Made by a program: the position numbers and the translations under genes. Below the pieces are notes generated by a model that did not search any database, had not been told where the DNA came from, and saw only the letters and a program-made list of their open reading frames with translations. A DNA stretch of 64,000 nt, taken from NCBI GenBank assembly GCA_017512985.1, contig JAFWEJ010000013.1, positions 31,695 to 95,694 on the forward strand. Direction: 5' to 3'. Each line of letters begins with the position of its first letter. Position 1 is the first letter of the stretch. Origin of the DNA: Clostridia bacterium (GTDB lineage Bacteria > Bacillota > Clostridia > Christensenellales > Aristaeellaceae). Of the stretch, positions 11,977 to 23,698 are shown in pieces.

Positions 11977-12162
11977 TTACCAGCTGGCCTTGCGGACACC
12001 CGGGATCTGTCCCTTATAGGCCAGTTCCCGGAAGCAGATGCGGCATACGCCGTACTTGCGAAGCACGCTGTGGGGTCTCCCGCAGATGCGGCAACGGGTG
12101 TAGGCGCGGGTTGAGAATTTGGCCGGCCTCTGCTGCTTGAGTTTCATGCTCAGTTTTGCCAT
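11977..12162 (-). CDS. rpsN: 30S ribosomal protein S14 type Z
   Basis: 61 aa, RCRICGR...CRICFRELA. Confidence 0.98.
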   Translation of the reverse strand: MAKLSMKLKQQRPAKFSTRAYTRCRICGRPHSVLRKYGVCRICFRELAYKGQIPGVRKASW

Positions 12163-12180
12163 TTTTCTGTCCTCCTCCTC

Positions 12181-12723
12181 TTACGCCTCGAAGGGCATGC
12201 CCAGAAGCCTCAGCAGCTCCTTGCACTCTTCGTCCGTCTTCGCGGTCGTCACGAATACGATTTCCATGCCGCGGATCTTCTCGACCTTATCGTACTCGAT
12301 TTCGGGGAACAGCAGCTGTTCACGGATGCCCAGGCTGTAGTTGCCGCGGCCGTCAAAGGCCTTGGCGCTCACGCCGCGGAAGTCGCGGACGCGGGGCAGC
12401 GCCACGCTGACGAGCTTGTCCATGAACTCTTCCATCCGGGCGCCCCGCAGGGTCACCTTCGCGCCCACGTTCATGCCTTCACGGACCTTGAAGTTCGCGA
12501 TGGACTTCTTGGCCTTGGTGATCATGGGCTTCTGACCGGCGATCGCGGTCAGTTCGTTAACAGCCATTTCCATGGCCTTCGCGTTGTCCTTGCAGTCGCC
12601 CAGACCCATGTTGATAACGATCTTGGCGAGCTTCGGGACCTGCATGGCGTTCTTGTAGCCGAACTTTTCCTCCAAAGCAGGAATCGCCTCGGCCAGATAC
12701 TTTTCCTTGATCCTGGTTGCCAT
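12181..12723 (-). CDS. rplE: 50S ribosomal protein L5
   Basis: [23 protein letters not shown]. Confidence 0.98.
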   Translation of the reverse strand: MATRIKEKYLAEAIPALEEKFGYKNAMQVPKLAKIVINMGLGDCKDNAKAMEMAVNELTAIAGQKPMITKAKKSIANFKVREGMNVGAKVTLRGARMEEFMDKLVSVALPRVRDFRGVSAKAFDGRGNYSLGIREQLLFPEIEYDKVEKIRGMEIVFVTTAKTDEECKELLRLLGMPFEA

Positions 12724-12740
12724 TTGGCTCTTCCTCCTTA

Positions 12741-13076
12741 TCAGTCGATTTCGGCGCCGCACTTCTTGCAGACGCGGATCAGCTTGCGGTGCATCTTGCC
12801 GTTGTCATCCTTGACCTTTTCGGCCTTGTTGTTGACGCGGGTCGCTTTGCCGCACTTCGGGCACACCAGCATGACGTTACTGGCGTCGATGGGCATTTCC
12901 TTGTGGATAATGCCGCCGGGGGTCATGGCATTGCGGGCTTTCTGATGCTTGGTAACAACGTTTACGCCTTCAACCGTCACACGGTTCAGTTTCGGGAAAG
13001 CAGCGCTGATCTTGCCCTTCTTGCCCTTGTCCTTGCCGCTGATGACGATCACGGTATCTTTAGACTTTACATGCAT
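12741..13076 (-). CDS. rplX: 50S ribosomal protein L24
   Basis: [20 protein letters not shown]. Confidence 0.98.
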   Translation of the reverse strand: MHVKSKDTVIVISGKDKGKKGKISAAFPKLNRVTVEGVNVVTKHQKARNAMTPGGIIHKEMPIDASNVMLVCPKCGKATRVNNKAEKVKDDNGKMHRKLIRVCKKCGAEID

Positions 13077-13091
13077 TACCGTTCTGCCTCC

Positions 13092-13460
13092 TTACAGTAC
13101 TTCGGGAGCCAGAGAGACGATCTTCATGAAATCCTTCTCACGCAGCTCGCGAGCCACGGGCCCGAAGATACGGGTGCCGCGGGGCATATTCTGGTCGTTG
13201 ATGATGACGGCGGCATTGTCGTCAAACTTGATGTAGCTGCCGTCGGGACGGCGCTTGTTCTTGCGCATGCGGACGATAACGGCCTTCACGACCTCGCCCT
13301 TCTTTACGGTGCCGCCGGGGGTTGCTGTCTTGACGCTGGCCACGATGACATCACCGATGCTGCCGTCACGCCGGAAAGAACCGCCCAGAACACGGATGCA
13401 CATGATTTCCTTGGCGCCGGAATTGTCGGCTACCTTAAGCCGGGTTTGCGGCTGAATCAT
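13092..13460 (-). CDS. rplN: 50S ribosomal protein L14
   Basis: [27 protein letters not shown]. Confidence 0.98.
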   Translation of the reverse strand: MIQPQTRLKVADNSGAKEIMCIRVLGGSFRRDGSIGDVIVASVKTATPGGTVKKGEVVKAVIVRMRKNKRRPDGSYIKFDDNAAVIINDQNMPRGTRIFGPVARELREKDFMKIVSLAPEVL

Positions 13461-13478
13461 AGCGGTTTCCTCCTTAAA

Positions 13479-13736
13479 TTACTTAGCTTTCTCGATGATC
13501 TCAACGAGACGCCAACGCTTGTCCTTGCTCAGCGGACGGGTTTCCATCACCTTGATGGTGTCTCCGATGCCGCACTCATTATTCTCGTCATGGACCTTCA
13601 GCTTGCTGGTCCGGTTCATGATCTTTCCGTACAGGGGATGACGAACGCGGGTCTTGATCTGGATGACACAGGTCTTGTCCATCTTGTCGCTGACCACGAC
13701 GCCGATCCTGGTTTTACGAAGTCCTCTTTCTTCCAT
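13479..13736 (-). CDS. rpsQ: 30S ribosomal protein S17
   Basis: [28 protein letters not shown]. Confidence 0.98.
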   Translation of the reverse strand: MEERGLRKTRIGVVVSDKMDKTCVIQIKTRVRHPLYGKIMNRTSKLKVHDENNECGIGDTIKVMETRPLSKDKRWRLVEIIEKAK

Positions 13737-13756
13737 TGTTCCAGCTGCCTCCTTTC

Positions 13757-13948
13757 TCAGGCTTCATCCTTCTGCCGAAGGATCGTCTTGCACCGTGCGA
13801 TGTCGCGCTTCAGGGCGCTGATCTGCATGGTGTTCTGCAGCTGGCCCGTCGCGAGCTGGAAGCGAAGGCCAAACAGTTCGCTCTTTAGTTCCTTAACCTT
13901 TTCCTCGAGCTGTTCCTTGCTCATGGCTGTCAGTTCATTCGCCTTCAT
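13757..13948 (-). CDS. rpmC: 50S ribosomal protein L29
   Basis: [14 protein letters not shown]...RDIARCKT. Confidence 0.97.
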   Translation of the reverse strand: MKANELTAMSKEQLEEKVKELKSELFGLRFQLATGQLQNTMQISALKRDIARCKTILRQKDEA

Positions 13949-14478
13949 GCTTCTTCACCACCCGCTTCTTTGGCTGTCACTTCTTCGGCGGTTACGGGTG
14001 CTTCCTTGACTTCTTCCACTGCTTCGGGAGCCGCGGCTTCAGCCTTGGGAGCGGCGGCCTTGGCGGCCTCGTTCGCCTTGGAGATCAGCTTGGTCTTCAG
14101 AGGGAGCTTGTGGCTGGCCAGACGGAGCGCTTCACGGGCGATGTCTTCGGACACGCCGGCGATCTCGAACAGCACTCTGCCGGGCTTGACCACGGCCACC
14201 CAGTATTCAGGAGCGCCTTTACCGGAACCCATGCGGGTCTCGGCGGGCTTGGCCGTTACCGGTTTGTCGGGGAAAATCTTGATCCATACCTGACCGCCGC
14301 GCTTGGTGTAACGGGTCAGGGCGATACGGGCCGCCTCGATCTGCTGGCTGGTAACCCAGTGCGGTTCGGTGGCCTGCAGTCCGTACTCGCCGTAAGCCAG
14401 GGTGTTGCCCCTCTGGGCCTTACCCTTCATGCGGCCGCGGAACTGCTTGCGGTGTTTCACTCTCTTGGGCATTAACAT
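13945..14478 (-). CDS. rplP: 50S ribosomal protein L16 with Ala/Glu-rich C-terminal extension
   Basis: [18 protein letters not shown]. Confidence 0.98.
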   Translation of the reverse strand: MLMPKRVKHRKQFRGRMKGKAQRGNTLAYGEYGLQATEPHWVTSQQIEAARIALTRYTKRGGQVWIKIFPDKPVTAKPAETRMGSGKGAPEYWVAVVKPGRVLFEIAGVSEDIAREALRLASHKLPLKTKLISKANEAAKAAAPKAEAAAPEAVEEVKEAPVTAEEVTAKEAGGEEA

Positions 14479-14481
14479 GGA

Positions 14482-15150
14482 TTACTTTCCCTCCTTCCCG
14501 GCGGGGGCTTTCTTGGCCCGGGGCAGGATCTGTCCCTTGTAGATCCAGACCTTGACGCCCAGGCGTCCGTAAGTCGTCTTGGCTTCGCAGAAGCCGTAGT
14601 CAATGTTCGCGCGCAGCGTCTGAAGCGGAATGGACCCGTCGTGATAATGTTCGCTGCGGGCAATGTCAGCGCCGCCCAGGCGTCCGCTGACCGCGGTCTT
14701 GATTCCCTTCACTCCGGGAATCTTCATGCTGCGGCCCATGGCCTGCTTCAGCGCGCGGCGGAAGCTGATGCGCTTCTCGAGCTGCTGGGCGATGTTCTCG
14801 GCCACCAGCTGCGCGTCCGCGTCGGGCTGCTTGATCTCCATCACGTTGATGTGGCAGGGACGTCCCAGGAACTCAGTGATGTTCTTCTTCAGTTCCTCGA
14901 TGCCCGCGCCGCCGCGGCCGATGATCATGCCGGGCTTGGCGGTGAAGATGTTCACCGTCATGGTCTGAGCGGTACGCTCGATATCAATGTGGCTGATACC
15001 GGTGGTGAAGTACTTTTCCTTCAGCATCTTGCGAAGCTTGAAGTCTTCCACCAGATTGTTTGCAAAATCCTTCTTGCCGGCATACCAGCGGGTGCTCCAG
15101 TCATAGATGACACCAACCCGTGCGCCGTGGGGATTTACTTTCTGACCCAT
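14482..15150 (-). CDS. rpsC: 30S ribosomal protein S3
   Basis: [30 protein letters not shown]. Confidence 0.98.
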   Translation of the reverse strand: MGQKVNPHGARVGVIYDWSTRWYAGKKDFANNLVEDFKLRKMLKEKYFTTGISHIDIERTAQTMTVNIFTAKPGMIIGRGGAGIEELKKNITEFLGRPCHINVMEIKQPDADAQLVAENIAQQLEKRISFRRALKQAMGRSMKIPGVKGIKTAVSGRLGGADIARSEHYHDGSIPLQTLRANIDYGFCEAKTTYGRLGVKVWIYKGQILPRAKKAPAGKEGK

Positions 15151-15168
15151 GTTTTTTCCTCCTTCGCC

Positions 15169-15552
15169 TTACTTCTGGTCCAGCACCACGCTGATGTGGC
15201 TGGTGCGCTTGAGCATCGGGGACGCGCTGCCGCGGCTGCGGGCAACGTAGCGCTTCAGGGTAGGACCGGGGTTGGCGTACACTTCAGCGACATAGAGGTT
15301 ATCACGGTTCAGTTCCTGGTTGTTCACCGCGTTGGCGATGGCGCTGTTCAGGACCTTCAGGACCACGGGGCTCGCGGCCTTGGGGGTGAACTGCAGGATC
15401 GCGGCGGCTTCATCCACGCTCTTCCCGCGGATCAGATCGATCACGATCTTCACCTTCCGAGGAGAGATGCGAATGTACTTGGCATGGGCCTGGGGACGCT
15501 TGTCGGCGTTCGACTTGCGGGCCGCTGCCTTTTCTTTCGAACGGGTAGCCAT
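15169..15552 (-). CDS. rplV: 50S ribosomal protein L22
   Basis: [20 protein letters not shown]. Confidence 0.98.
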   Translation of the reverse strand: MATRSKEKAAARKSNADKRPQAHAKYIRISPRKVKIVIDLIRGKSVDEAAAILQFTPKAASPVVLKVLNSAIANAVNNQELNRDNLYVAEVYANPGPTLKRYVARSRGSASPMLKRTSHISVVLDQK

Positions 15553-15574
15553 TTCGTTTTTCCTCCTCTTTCAA

Positions 15575-15853
15575 TTACTTCCGCGCGCTGTTCTTGTCCC
15601 CGGCGTGGCCGCGGAAGGTGCGGGTGGGGGCGAACTCGCCCAGCTTGTGGCCGACCATGTCTTCAGTGACGTAAACCGGAACATGCTTCCGGCCGTCATG
15701 CACGGCGACGGTGTGGCCTACGAAGTCCGGGAAGATCGTGCTGGAGCGGCTCCAGGTCTTTACGACCGCTTTCTTGCCGCTCGCGTTCATCTCGGTGATG
15801 CGCTTCATCAGCGCGGGCTCTACATAAGGGCCCTTCTTAATGGAACGACTCAT
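15575..15853 (-). CDS. rpsS: 30S ribosomal protein S19
   Basis: [18 protein letters not shown]. Confidence 0.98.
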   Translation of the reverse strand: MSRSIKKGPYVEPALMKRITEMNASGKKAVVKTWSRSSTIFPDFVGHTVAVHDGRKHVPVYVTEDMVGHKLGEFAPTRTFRGHAGDKNSARK

Positions 15854-15871
15854 ATCTTACAGGTGCCTCCT

Positions 15872-16705
<834 letters not shown>

Positions 16706-16726
16706 TTCTTTCGTTCCTCCCTTAAG

Positions 16727-17032
16727 TTACTGTGCCATGCCTTCGAAGAACTTGATGGGCTTGGAGTCCTTCTTCAGAATCACATAGGCCTTCTTGGTTT
16801 CGGGGGTCATGCCCTGGGTCCGTCCCTGCCGCTTCATCTTGCCGATGGTGCGCACGGTGTTGACCTTGGCGACTTTCACGCCGTCTTCAGCGAATACCGC
16901 TTCAACCGCGCTCTTGATCTCGGCCTTGTTGGCTTTGATGTCGACTTCGAAAACGTAGCGCTTCTCGTCGATTCCTTCATACGCCTTTTCCGTCAGGATC
17001 GGCCGCTTGATGATGTCATGGGGGTTCTTCAT
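16727..17032 (-). CDS. rplW: 50S ribosomal protein L23
   Basis: PILTEKA, ANKAEIK, KKAYVIL. Confidence 0.97.
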   Translation of the reverse strand: MKNPHDIIKRPILTEKAYEGIDEKRYVFEVDIKANKAEIKSAVEAVFAEDGVKVAKVNTVRTIGKMKRQGRTQGMTPETKKAYVILKKDSKPIKFFEGMAQ

Positions 17033-17652
17033 GCGTACACCTCCTCGACGCTTTCCTTGGCGGCAACGGTCATGACCAGCTTGCCGGCGTTCAGGATGTC
17101 GTAAACGTTCAGGGTGTTGACGTAGCTGACCTTGGCGGTGGGCAGGTTCGCGGCCGCGCGGATGATGTTCTCTTCACGCTCGGGCAGGACCACCAGGGCC
17201 TTCTTCTCGGCCTGCAGCTTCTTCAGCGTTTCGGCCATCAGCTTCGTCTTGGCTTCCTTCAGTTCCAGCTTGTCGACCACAATGATCTCGCCGGCGTTCA
17301 GCTTGGAGGTCATCGCGCTCTTGAAGGCCAGGCGGCGAACCTTCTTGTTCACGGCCAGGTCGTAGTCACGGGGCTTCGGGGCGAATACCACGCCGCCGTG
17401 CTTGAACTGCGGTGCGCGGTTGCCATGGTGCCGGGCGTTGCCGGTGCCCTTCTGGCGGTAGATCTTCCGGCCGCCTCCGCGGACTTCGCCGCGGGTCAGG
17501 GCGCTCTGTGTTCCCTGGCGCTGCGCTGCCAGGTAGGAACGGACCATCAGGTGCATCGCTGCTTCGTTGATCGGGGCGGCAAAGATCTCGTCGCTCAGCT
17601 CAACCTCGCCGATGGCTTTTCCTTCCATATTATAAAGTGCGGTTTTTGCCAT
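17029..17652 (-). CDS. rplD: 50S ribosomal protein L4
   Basis: RQGT...[18 protein letters not shown]. Confidence 0.98.
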   Translation of the reverse strand: MAKTALYNMEGKAIGEVELSDEIFAAPINEAAMHLMVRSYLAAQRQGTQSALTRGEVRGGGRKIYRQKGTGNARHHGNRAPQFKHGGVVFAPKPRDYDLAVNKKVRRLAFKSAMTSKLNAGEIIVVDKLELKEAKTKLMAETLKKLQAEKKALVVLPEREENIIRAAANLPTAKVSYVNTLNVYDILNAGKLVMTVAAKESVEEVYA

Positions 17653-17675
17653 TGTCTTTTCCTCCTCGCTCAGCT

Positions 17676-18317
17676 TCAGGCCTTGCAGGTGTCACGGATG
17701 ATCAGCAGGCCTTCGTTGGGGCCGGGCACAGCGCCCTTGACCAGCAGCAGGTTGCGTTCCGCGTCCACCTGGACGACTTCCAGGTTCTGCACCGTGACCC
17801 TGTCCACACCGTAGTGGCCGGCCATGTGCTTGTTCTTGAATACCCGGCTGGGATCGGAGTTCGCGCTCATGGAACCCACGCCGCGGTGATACTTGGAGCC
17901 GTGAGCCATGGGGCCGGTGTGCTGGTTCCAACGCTGGATGGGACCGGTGTAGCCGTGGCCCTTGCTGGTTCCGGTGATGTCGATCTTGTCGCCCTGGGCG
18001 AACTGGTCGCACTTCAGGACGTCGCCGACTTTGTAACCGCTGCAGTCGTCAAACCGGAGCTCCCGCAGCACGCGCTTGGCGTCCACGCCGGCCTTCCTGA
18101 AGTGGCCGAGTTCGGGTTTGGTCAGCAGCTTCTTGGCGCGGTCTTCGGTCATCTCGCCGAAGCCGACCTGCACGGCGTCATAGCCGTCGCTCTCAGTGTT
18201 CTTGGTCTGCACCACTGTGCAGGGGCCCGCTTCAATCACGGTAACCGGTACCAGACGGCCGTCTTCAGTGAAGACCTGCGTCATACCGATCTTTTTGCCC
18301 ACGATCGCTTTCTTCAT
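17676..18317 (-). CDS. rplC: 50S ribosomal protein L3
   Basis: [21 protein letters not shown]. Confidence 0.98.
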   Translation of the reverse strand: MKKAIVGKKIGMTQVFTEDGRLVPVTVIEAGPCTVVQTKNTESDGYDAVQVGFGEMTEDRAKKLLTKPELGHFRKAGVDAKRVLRELRFDDCSGYKVGDVLKCDQFAQGDKIDITGTSKGHGYTGPIQRWNQHTGPMAHGSKYHRGVGSMSANSDPSRVFKNKHMAGHYGVDRVTVQNLEVVQVDAERNLLLVKGAVPGPNEGLLIIRDTCKA

Positions 18318-18336
18318 TGTATCTGTTCCTCCTGCC

Positions 18337-18645
18337 TCACAGTTTCATTTCGATTTCGACACCAGCAGGAAGATCAAGCTTCATCATGGCGTCCACCGTT
18401 TTGGGATTCGGATTGTTGATGTCGATCAACCGCTTGTGGGTGCGGCGCTCGAACTGTTCGCGGCTGTCCTTGTACTTGTGCACAGCGCGAAGGATGGTGA
18501 CGATCTCCCTTTCCGTGGGGAGCGGGATCGGTCCGGAGACACGAGCGCCCGTGCGCTTGGCGGTTTCAACGATCCGCTCCGCGCTCTGGTCGATCAGTTT
18601 GTGCTCGTAGCTCTTCAGCTTGATACGGATTTTCTGGTTGGCCAT
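18337..18645 (-). CDS. rpsJ: 30S ribosomal protein S10
   Basis: [30 protein letters not shown]; GGAGG RBS before ATG 18645. Confidence 0.98.
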   Translation of the reverse strand: MANQKIRIKLKSYEHKLIDQSAERIVETAKRTGARVSGPIPLPTEREIVTILRAVHKYKDSREQFERRTHKRLIDINNPNPKTVDAMMKLDLPAGVEIEMKL

Positions 18646-18812
18646 TCCTGTTAACCTCCTCGATTTCGTTCTCGTTTGCGTTCCCCGGGATCCGCTGCAG
18701 GTGCAGATCCTCTCTGACGCTTTCGAGTCCGTCGCCCGATTGTCGGGCTGGTCCGTGATAATTACCCGTCTGGCCGGACGGCAACTTACCACTTCATCCC
18801 TAAACAGACAAC
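18646..18812 (-). promoter_or_regulatory. Long structured 5' leader of S10 operon (candidate ribosomal protein leader)
   Basis: About 165 nt between promoter and rpsJ, with hairpins gcccga/tcgggc and ggatctgc/gcggatcc. Confidence 0.5.
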
Positions 18813-18818
18813 AGGTGA

Positions 18819-18847
18819 ATTATACATGACCTGCTTTTCTTTTTCAA
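18819..18847 (-). promoter_or_regulatory. Sigma-A promoter of S10 operon
   Basis: TTGAAA-17nt-TATAAT on minus strand, AT-rich upstream region. Confidence 0.75.
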
Positions 18848-19115
18848 GAGGAAAATCCGCTTTTTTTCAAAATTTTTTTGACAATTTTGTGTTTTTGTTT
18901 TCTTGCGGATAGTCCATTTTCCTTGCTTTCCGGCTCGCATTATTATACACCGTTACGGGTGTGTCTATCTTTTTCCCGTTCCCCGCCTTTTCCCCGGACT
19001 GAAAAAATATTTTTGCGTTTTCTCACAAAAACTGCGTATATATTTCAACGCTTTTGCCGCGATTATATATACACTCCTTCATGTGTATCCATATACAGGC
19101 CCCGGAAACGGGCAG

Positions 19116-19148
19116 AAAAACACCCGGAACCGACCGGTTCCGGGTGTT
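19116..19148 (-). terminator. Terminator after ABC-F gene
   Basis: Stem aacacccggaacc/ggttccgggtgtt followed by a T-run. Confidence 0.8.
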
Positions 19149-19165
19149 AACCACTATATATAGGT

Positions 19166-21070
19166 TTACAGCTCTCCCTCGAGTACATCATATTGTTCGT
19201 ACAACTTCTCAATCTCCGCTTTCAGGGCGTTGTACCGCCGGGTGGTTTCCGCCGCCGCGTCCGGATCCTTCCAGGTTTCCGGATCCGCCAGTTCCTTTTC
19301 CAGGCTGCCGGCTTCCCCTTCCGCTTTGGCGATCTCCTGCTCCAGGGCCTTCAGGCGGTCACGCTGCTCCCGGAGGCGCTTTTCCTCCTCCCGGCTCTTC
19401 CGCTTTTCCTTCTCCAGCGCGGTGCGGGTCTGCTGCGGCCCGCTCCCGTCCGGTTCCTGGTCCCGGCTCACCTTCGCGTAATAACTGTCGTAGTTGCCCA
19501 GGTATTCCCTGATCTCCTGCCCGTCCAGCACCCATACCCGGTCCGCGAACCGGTTGATAAAGTACCGGTCATGGCTCACCGCAATGATCGTTCCCGGGAA
19601 GCCGTCCAGCGCTTCCTCCAGCACTTCGCGGCTGTCCATGTCCAGGTGGTTCGTCGGTTCGTCCAGCAGCAGCACGTTGTCCTTGCGCAGCATCAGCTCC
19701 GTCAGCGCCACGCGGCCCTTTTCGCCGCCGCTCAGCGTGCTGACCGGGGCGAACACGTCGTCCCCGGTAAACAGGAACAGGCCCAGCGCGCCGCGCACCT
19801 CATACTGTTCCATCCGCGGAAACCGGTCCCAGACCTCGTCCAGCACCGTCTTGTTTTCATGCAGTCCGGCCTGGTGCTGGTCATAATAGCCCAGGTCCAC
19901 GCCGCTGCCCCAGCGGATCACGCCGGCGTCCGGCTTCTCCCCGCCAGTCAGGCACTTCAGCAGCGTGCTCTTGCCCGTGCCGTTGTCGCCGATCAGGGCG
20001 ATCCGGTCCCCGGCGCGCACATGCATCTTCAGGTCGCGGAACAGGATCCGCTCCCCGTAGCCCTTGCTCAGGCCTTCGGTGATCAGCACGTCATCCCCGG
20101 TCCGCCGCCGGGTCTCAAAGCGGAAGCGGACGGTGTCCTCCTCCTGGGGTTTTTCCAGCCGTTCGATCTTGTCCAGCCGCTTCTGCTTGCTCTCCGCGAT
20201 CCGGATGCTCTTTTCCTTGTTGAACCGGCGGTACATCTCAATGATGGCTTCCTGCCGCGCGATCTCCTTCTGCTGCAGCTTCCAGGCCTTCATGCGGATC
20301 TCGTAAACTTCCGTGCGCTTTTCCAGGTATTCCGAATAGTTGCCGGTATAGGTCTCCACGCTGCCCATCAGCAGCTCCGCCATCCGGCCGCAGACCCGGT
20401 CCAGGAAATAACGGTCGTGGCTGATGACGATTACCGCGCCGTGGAACGCTGCCAGGTAATCCTCCAGCCAGGCGATGCTCTTCAGGTCCAGGTGGTTCGT
20501 CGGCTCGTCCAGCAGCAGCAGGTCCGGCTCCGTCAGCAGCATCCGGCCCAGGCACAGGCGTGTGCGCTCCCCGCCGGAGAGGAGGCCGGTCTTCATGTCT
20601 TTGAATTCCCGCAGTTTGAGGCCGGCCAGCACGCCCTGGACCGTGGAGCGCCAGCCGTAGCCGTTGCTGCGCTCAAACTCCCGGGTCAGCGCGTCATATT
20701 TCCCGCCCAGGATCCGCAGGGCTTCCGGGTCTTCGCCCTTCTCGGCCATCTCCTGCTCCAGGGCGCGCATCTCCGCTTCCATGCGCCGCTGCGGCTCAAA
20801 GACGCTTTCCAGCGTCTCCAGCACCGTCTCTTCCCCGGTCAGGGCGCCCTGCTGGGCCAGGTAGCCGATGCGCAGGCCCTTCTGCATGTTCACGCTGCCG
20901 GCGTCCGCGGTTTCCTCCCCCGCGATGATCTTCATCAGGGTGCTCTTGCCGCTTCCGTTCACGCCGACCATGCCCATCCGCTCGCCCTCCTGGAGGGTAA
21001 AGGAAACAGATTTCAGCACCTCATGCGTGCCGAAGCTCTTCCTCACGTCCTGCAGGGCCAGTATGATCAT
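19166..21070 (-). CDS. ABC-F family ATPase (Uup/YdiF-like)
   Basis: Two NBDs (GVNGSGKST, GDNGTGKST; LSGGE; DEPTNHLD twice), no TM segments, C-terminal coiled coil. Confidence 0.95.
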   Translation of the reverse strand: MIILALQDVRKSFGTHEVLKSVSFTLQEGERMGMVGVNGSGKSTLMKIIAGEETADAGSVNMQKGLRIGYLAQQGALTGEETVLETLESVFEPQRRMEAEMRALEQEMAEKGEDPEALRILGGKYDALTREFERSNGYGWRSTVQGVLAGLKLREFKDMKTGLLSGGERTRLCLGRMLLTEPDLLLLDEPTNHLDLKSIAWLEDYLAAFHGAVIVISHDRYFLDRVCGRMAELLMGSVETYTGNYSEYLEKRTEVYEIRMKAWKLQQKEIARQEAIIEMYRRFNKEKSIRIAESKQKRLDKIERLEKPQEEDTVRFRFETRRRTGDDVLITEGLSKGYGERILFRDLKMHVRAGDRIALIGDNGTGKSTLLKCLTGGEKPDAGVIRWGSGVDLGYYDQHQAGLHENKTVLDEVWDRFPRMEQYEVRGALGLFLFTGDDVFAPVSTLSGGEKGRVALTELMLRKDNVLLLDEPTNHLDMDSREVLEEALDGFPGTIIAVSHDRYFINRFADRVWVLDGQEIREYLGNYDSYYAKVSRDQEPDGSGPQQTRTALEKEKRKSREEEKRLREQRDRLKALEQEIAKAEGEAGSLEKELADPETWKDPDAAAETTRRYNALKAEIEKLYEQYDVLEGEL

Positions 21071-21073
21071 GGA

Positions 21074-21883
21074 TTATTCTCTCTCTTTCAGGATATAGAC
21101 CTGCCCGACCTCGTCCCGCAGCGCGACCTGCAGCCGGATGTCCTCGCCGGGCCGGATGCCTTCCCGCGCCAGCGTCTCCGCGGAGACCCGCCTCGCCAGC
21201 GTCGGCGTATTGTTCTCCCCGCTCAGGTGGCCCAGGATCACGTCCGTCGTGCCCGCGCCGATCAGGCGCAGCAGCGCCGCGGAGCAGGCTTCGTTGCTCA
21301 GGTGGCCGTGATCGCCCAGGATGCGCGCCTTCAGCGCCGCGCTGTATTTCGGATTGGCCTTCAGCATGTCCGGATCATGGTTGCTCTCCAGCAGCACCAG
21401 CGTGCTGCCCGCCACGTTCGCGTACACGTCCTCCGTAAATGTGCCCAGGTCCGTTGCCGTGGAAACGCTCACGTTTCCGCCCCACAGCCGGTATCCGACC
21501 GGATCCGCCGCGTCGTGCGGAATGGAAAACGGCGCCACGCCGATATCGCCCAGCCAGAAATCCTTCCCGGCCTCGATCTCCCGCACCGTATCCGGCGGGA
21601 TCTTCCCGAGCTTGTCCCGCATCGCCCACCAGGTTTCCCTCGTGGCGTACAGCGGCAGGTGGTATTTCCGCGCCAGCACTCCCGCGCCGGAGATGTGGTC
21701 GCTGTGCTCATGGGTGATCAGCACCCCGCTGATGCTCCGGATATCCGCCCCGATGGACGCCAGCGCGTCCTCGATCGTCTTTCCGGACTTCCCCGCGTCA
21801 ATCAGCAGCCTCGTCTGCCCGTACTGGCAGAACAAAGCGTTTCCGCTTGACCCGGAATAAAGGGGGCAGAAATACATATCCAT
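21074..21883 (-). CDS. MBL-fold metallo-hydrolase (YycJ/WalJ-like)
   Basis: SGSSGN, THEHSDH, PHDA, ESNHD, GHLSN, HLSGENN. Confidence 0.9.
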   Translation of the reverse strand: MDMYFCPLYSGSSGNALFCQYGQTRLLIDAGKSGKTIEDALASIGADIRSISGVLITHEHSDHISGAGVLARKYHLPLYATRETWWAMRDKLGKIPPDTVREIEAGKDFWLGDIGVAPFSIPHDAADPVGYRLWGGNVSVSTATDLGTFTEDVYANVAGSTLVLLESNHDPDMLKANPKYSAALKARILGDHGHLSNEACSAALLRLIGAGTTDVILGHLSGENNTPTLARRVSAETLAREGIRPGEDIRLQVALRDEVGQVYILKERE

Positions 21884-21916
21884 GGTTGTCGAATACCCCC
21901 TTCTTCTTGTTTATGG

Positions 21917-22013
21917 AATGAATAATTAACAATGAACAATGAATGATTATATCTTGTTGTTTGCCAAAGGTCCGGCCGGCCATCCGGAATTGTTCATTGT
22001 TCATTGTTCATTG
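21917..22013. repeat. Inverted pair of heptamer arrays (AATGAAC/GTTCATT)
   Basis: aacaatgaacaatgaa...ttgttcattgttcattgttcattg. Confidence 0.8.
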
Positions 22014-22024
22014 AAGCATTTGGA

Positions 22025-22768
22025 TCAAAGATCCAGATGCTTCGCAACCCGCTCGTTTTCCGGCGGCGGCGTCATATAATCCGGCCCGAAGAGGATCGTC
22101 AGCACCTCGTCGTACTTTGCCGGGATCAGGCACTCCACGTCCTCAAACGGCACGCGGATCTTCTCAGCGAACTGTTCCGGATGCCACACATGCGTCATCA
22201 GCTCAAACGCACCGTTGGACATGTGCAGGTCGTTTCCGCTCTTCACCCGGGTGGATACCTTGTCATACCGCTTCGCCTTCCATGCGTAGGAGAAAGGCAG
22301 GCCGATCAGGTGCGTTGCCCGCAGCAGGATCCGGTTCTTCAGCCCGAAGCGGCTGTAGTCCACGTTCTTCTTCATCATGCCCTGCAGCAGGTGCAGGTGC
22401 AGCAGGTGCAGCTTCCGCGGCAGCCCTTCCGGGGGAAGCGGGTCCAGGATAAAAAAATCGGTGAAGGCGGCCGCCTTCTCCGGATCCCGGTTCATTACCC
22501 GGGGAGTCCAGGTGTCCAGATAGGTCAGTTCAAATCGTTTGTCGCACTCTTCTGGATAGACTTTGCGGAATTTCGTGAATTCCCCGCGGGTCATCAGCAG
22601 GTCCACATCGTCGTCCCAGGGGATGAATCCCTTGTGCCTCACCGCGCCCAGCAGCGTTCCGCACATCAGGTTGTACTCAATTCCGTGGGCTTCGCACACC
22701 TTTGTGATGTCCCGCAGCTGTTCCAGAAGTTCCGCGTGGATCTCGTCCAGCGTCAGTTCCCTCTTCAT
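22025..22768 (-). CDS. LicD family phosphotransferase
   Basis: GTLLGAVRHKGFIPWDDDVDL, YMTPPPE. Confidence 0.93.
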   Translation of the reverse strand: MKRELTLDEIHAELLEQLRDITKVCEAHGIEYNLMCGTLLGAVRHKGFIPWDDDVDLLMTRGEFTKFRKVYPEECDKRFELTYLDTWTPRVMNRDPEKAAAFTDFFILDPLPPEGLPRKLHLLHLHLLQGMMKKNVDYSRFGLKNRILLRATHLIGLPFSYAWKAKRYDKVSTRVKSGNDLHMSNGAFELMTHVWHPEQFAEKIRVPFEDVECLIPAKYDEVLTILFGPDYMTPPPENERVAKHLDL

Positions 22769-22774
22769 CCCGGT

Positions 22775-23698
22775 TCACTCCTTCAGGAACGCTTCCGCCT
22801 TCTCGGCGATCGCTTTCCCGTCCATTCCGTACACTTCCCGCAGGTACTGCCGGTCGCCGACCACGGCGGTAAAGCAGTCCTCCAGGCCGATGCGCTTCAC
22901 CCGGCATCCGCTTCCCGTTTCCGCGGCCAGCTCGCACACCGCGCTGCCGAAACCGCCGACCACGGTATGCTCCTCCACCGTCACGATCTTCCGGAATGTG
23001 TTCAGCAATTCCTTCACGGTATCCGCGTCCAGGGGTTTCAGGCAGGGGAAACTCACCACCCGCGCGCTGATCCCCTTCGCGGCCAGCCGTTCCGCCGCGT
23101 CCACAGCCTGGGTCAGGATGCCGCCCGCGCTCAGGATCGCGATGTCCGATCCCTCGCGCAGCGTGATCGCCTCGGGGAATGCCCAGTCCTTCAGCGGGCC
23201 TTCGTGCACCGCCGGTTCGCCGCCCCGGCCAAGGCGCAGGTAACAGGTGCCCTTCCGCCGGAGCATATCCCGGGTCACGGTTTCCGTTTCCGCCGGGTCG
23301 CCGGGAGTATAGCAGGTGATCCCGGGGATCGCCCGCATGATCGCCATGTCTTCCGTCGCGTGATGGCTCATGCCGAGGCTGCCGTACACAAAGCCGCCGC
23401 CCACGCATACGACCTTCACGTCCGCGCCGTGATACGCGCAGTCGTTCCGGATCTGTTCCAGGGGGCGCAGCACCGGGAAATTGCCGATGGAGTAGACCAG
23501 CACGGTCCGGCCGGTGGACGCAAGCCCCGCGGCCACGCTGACCATGCTCTGCTCCGCGATGCCGGCGTTGATCAGCCGGTCCGGAAAGCGTTCATGGATC
23601 CTGCGGAGCACGCCGAAGCCCAGATCGCCTGTAATCAGTACGATCCGTTCGTTCTGCTCCATTTCCTGTTCAAGGACCCGCGCAAACGCGTCTCTCAC
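22775..23698 (-). CDS. Transketolase-like protein, C-terminal subunit
   Basis: NAGIAEQ, EQIRND, SHHATED, TVEEH. Confidence 0.93.
   Translation of the reverse strand: MRDAFARVLEQEMEQNERIVLITGDLGFGVLRRIHERFPDRLINAGIAEQSMVSVAAGLASTGRTVLVYSIGNFPVLRPLEQIRNDCAYHGADVKVVCVGGGFVYGSLGMSHHATEDMAIMRAIPGITCYTPGDPAETETVTRDMLRRKGTCYLRLGRGGEPAVHEGPLKDWAFPEAITLREGSDIAILSAGGILTQAVDAAERLAAKGISARVVSFPCLKPLDADTVKELLNTFRKIVTVEEHTVVGGFGSAVCELAAETGSGCRVKRIGLEDCFTAVVGDRQYLREVYGMDGKAIAEKAEAFLKE

Noticed and set aside
18646-18792. N-terminal extensions in the ORF track for rpsJ (also rplE, rpmD, toxin, PGT, MoxR, amylosucrase)
   Set aside because: Downstream starts with RBS or gene overlap match the family N-termini better
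19166-21070. ABC-F as an antibiotic resistance gene
   Set aside because: Housekeeping context and Uup/YdiF-like architecture; nothing specific for the ARE subfamilies
19193-21850. Long plus-strand ORFs (885 aa here; also 29169-31340, 56696-58714, and 48251-51238 on minus)
   Set aside because: They are antisense shadows of well-supported genes, expected with high-GC codon bias, and show no recognisable motifs
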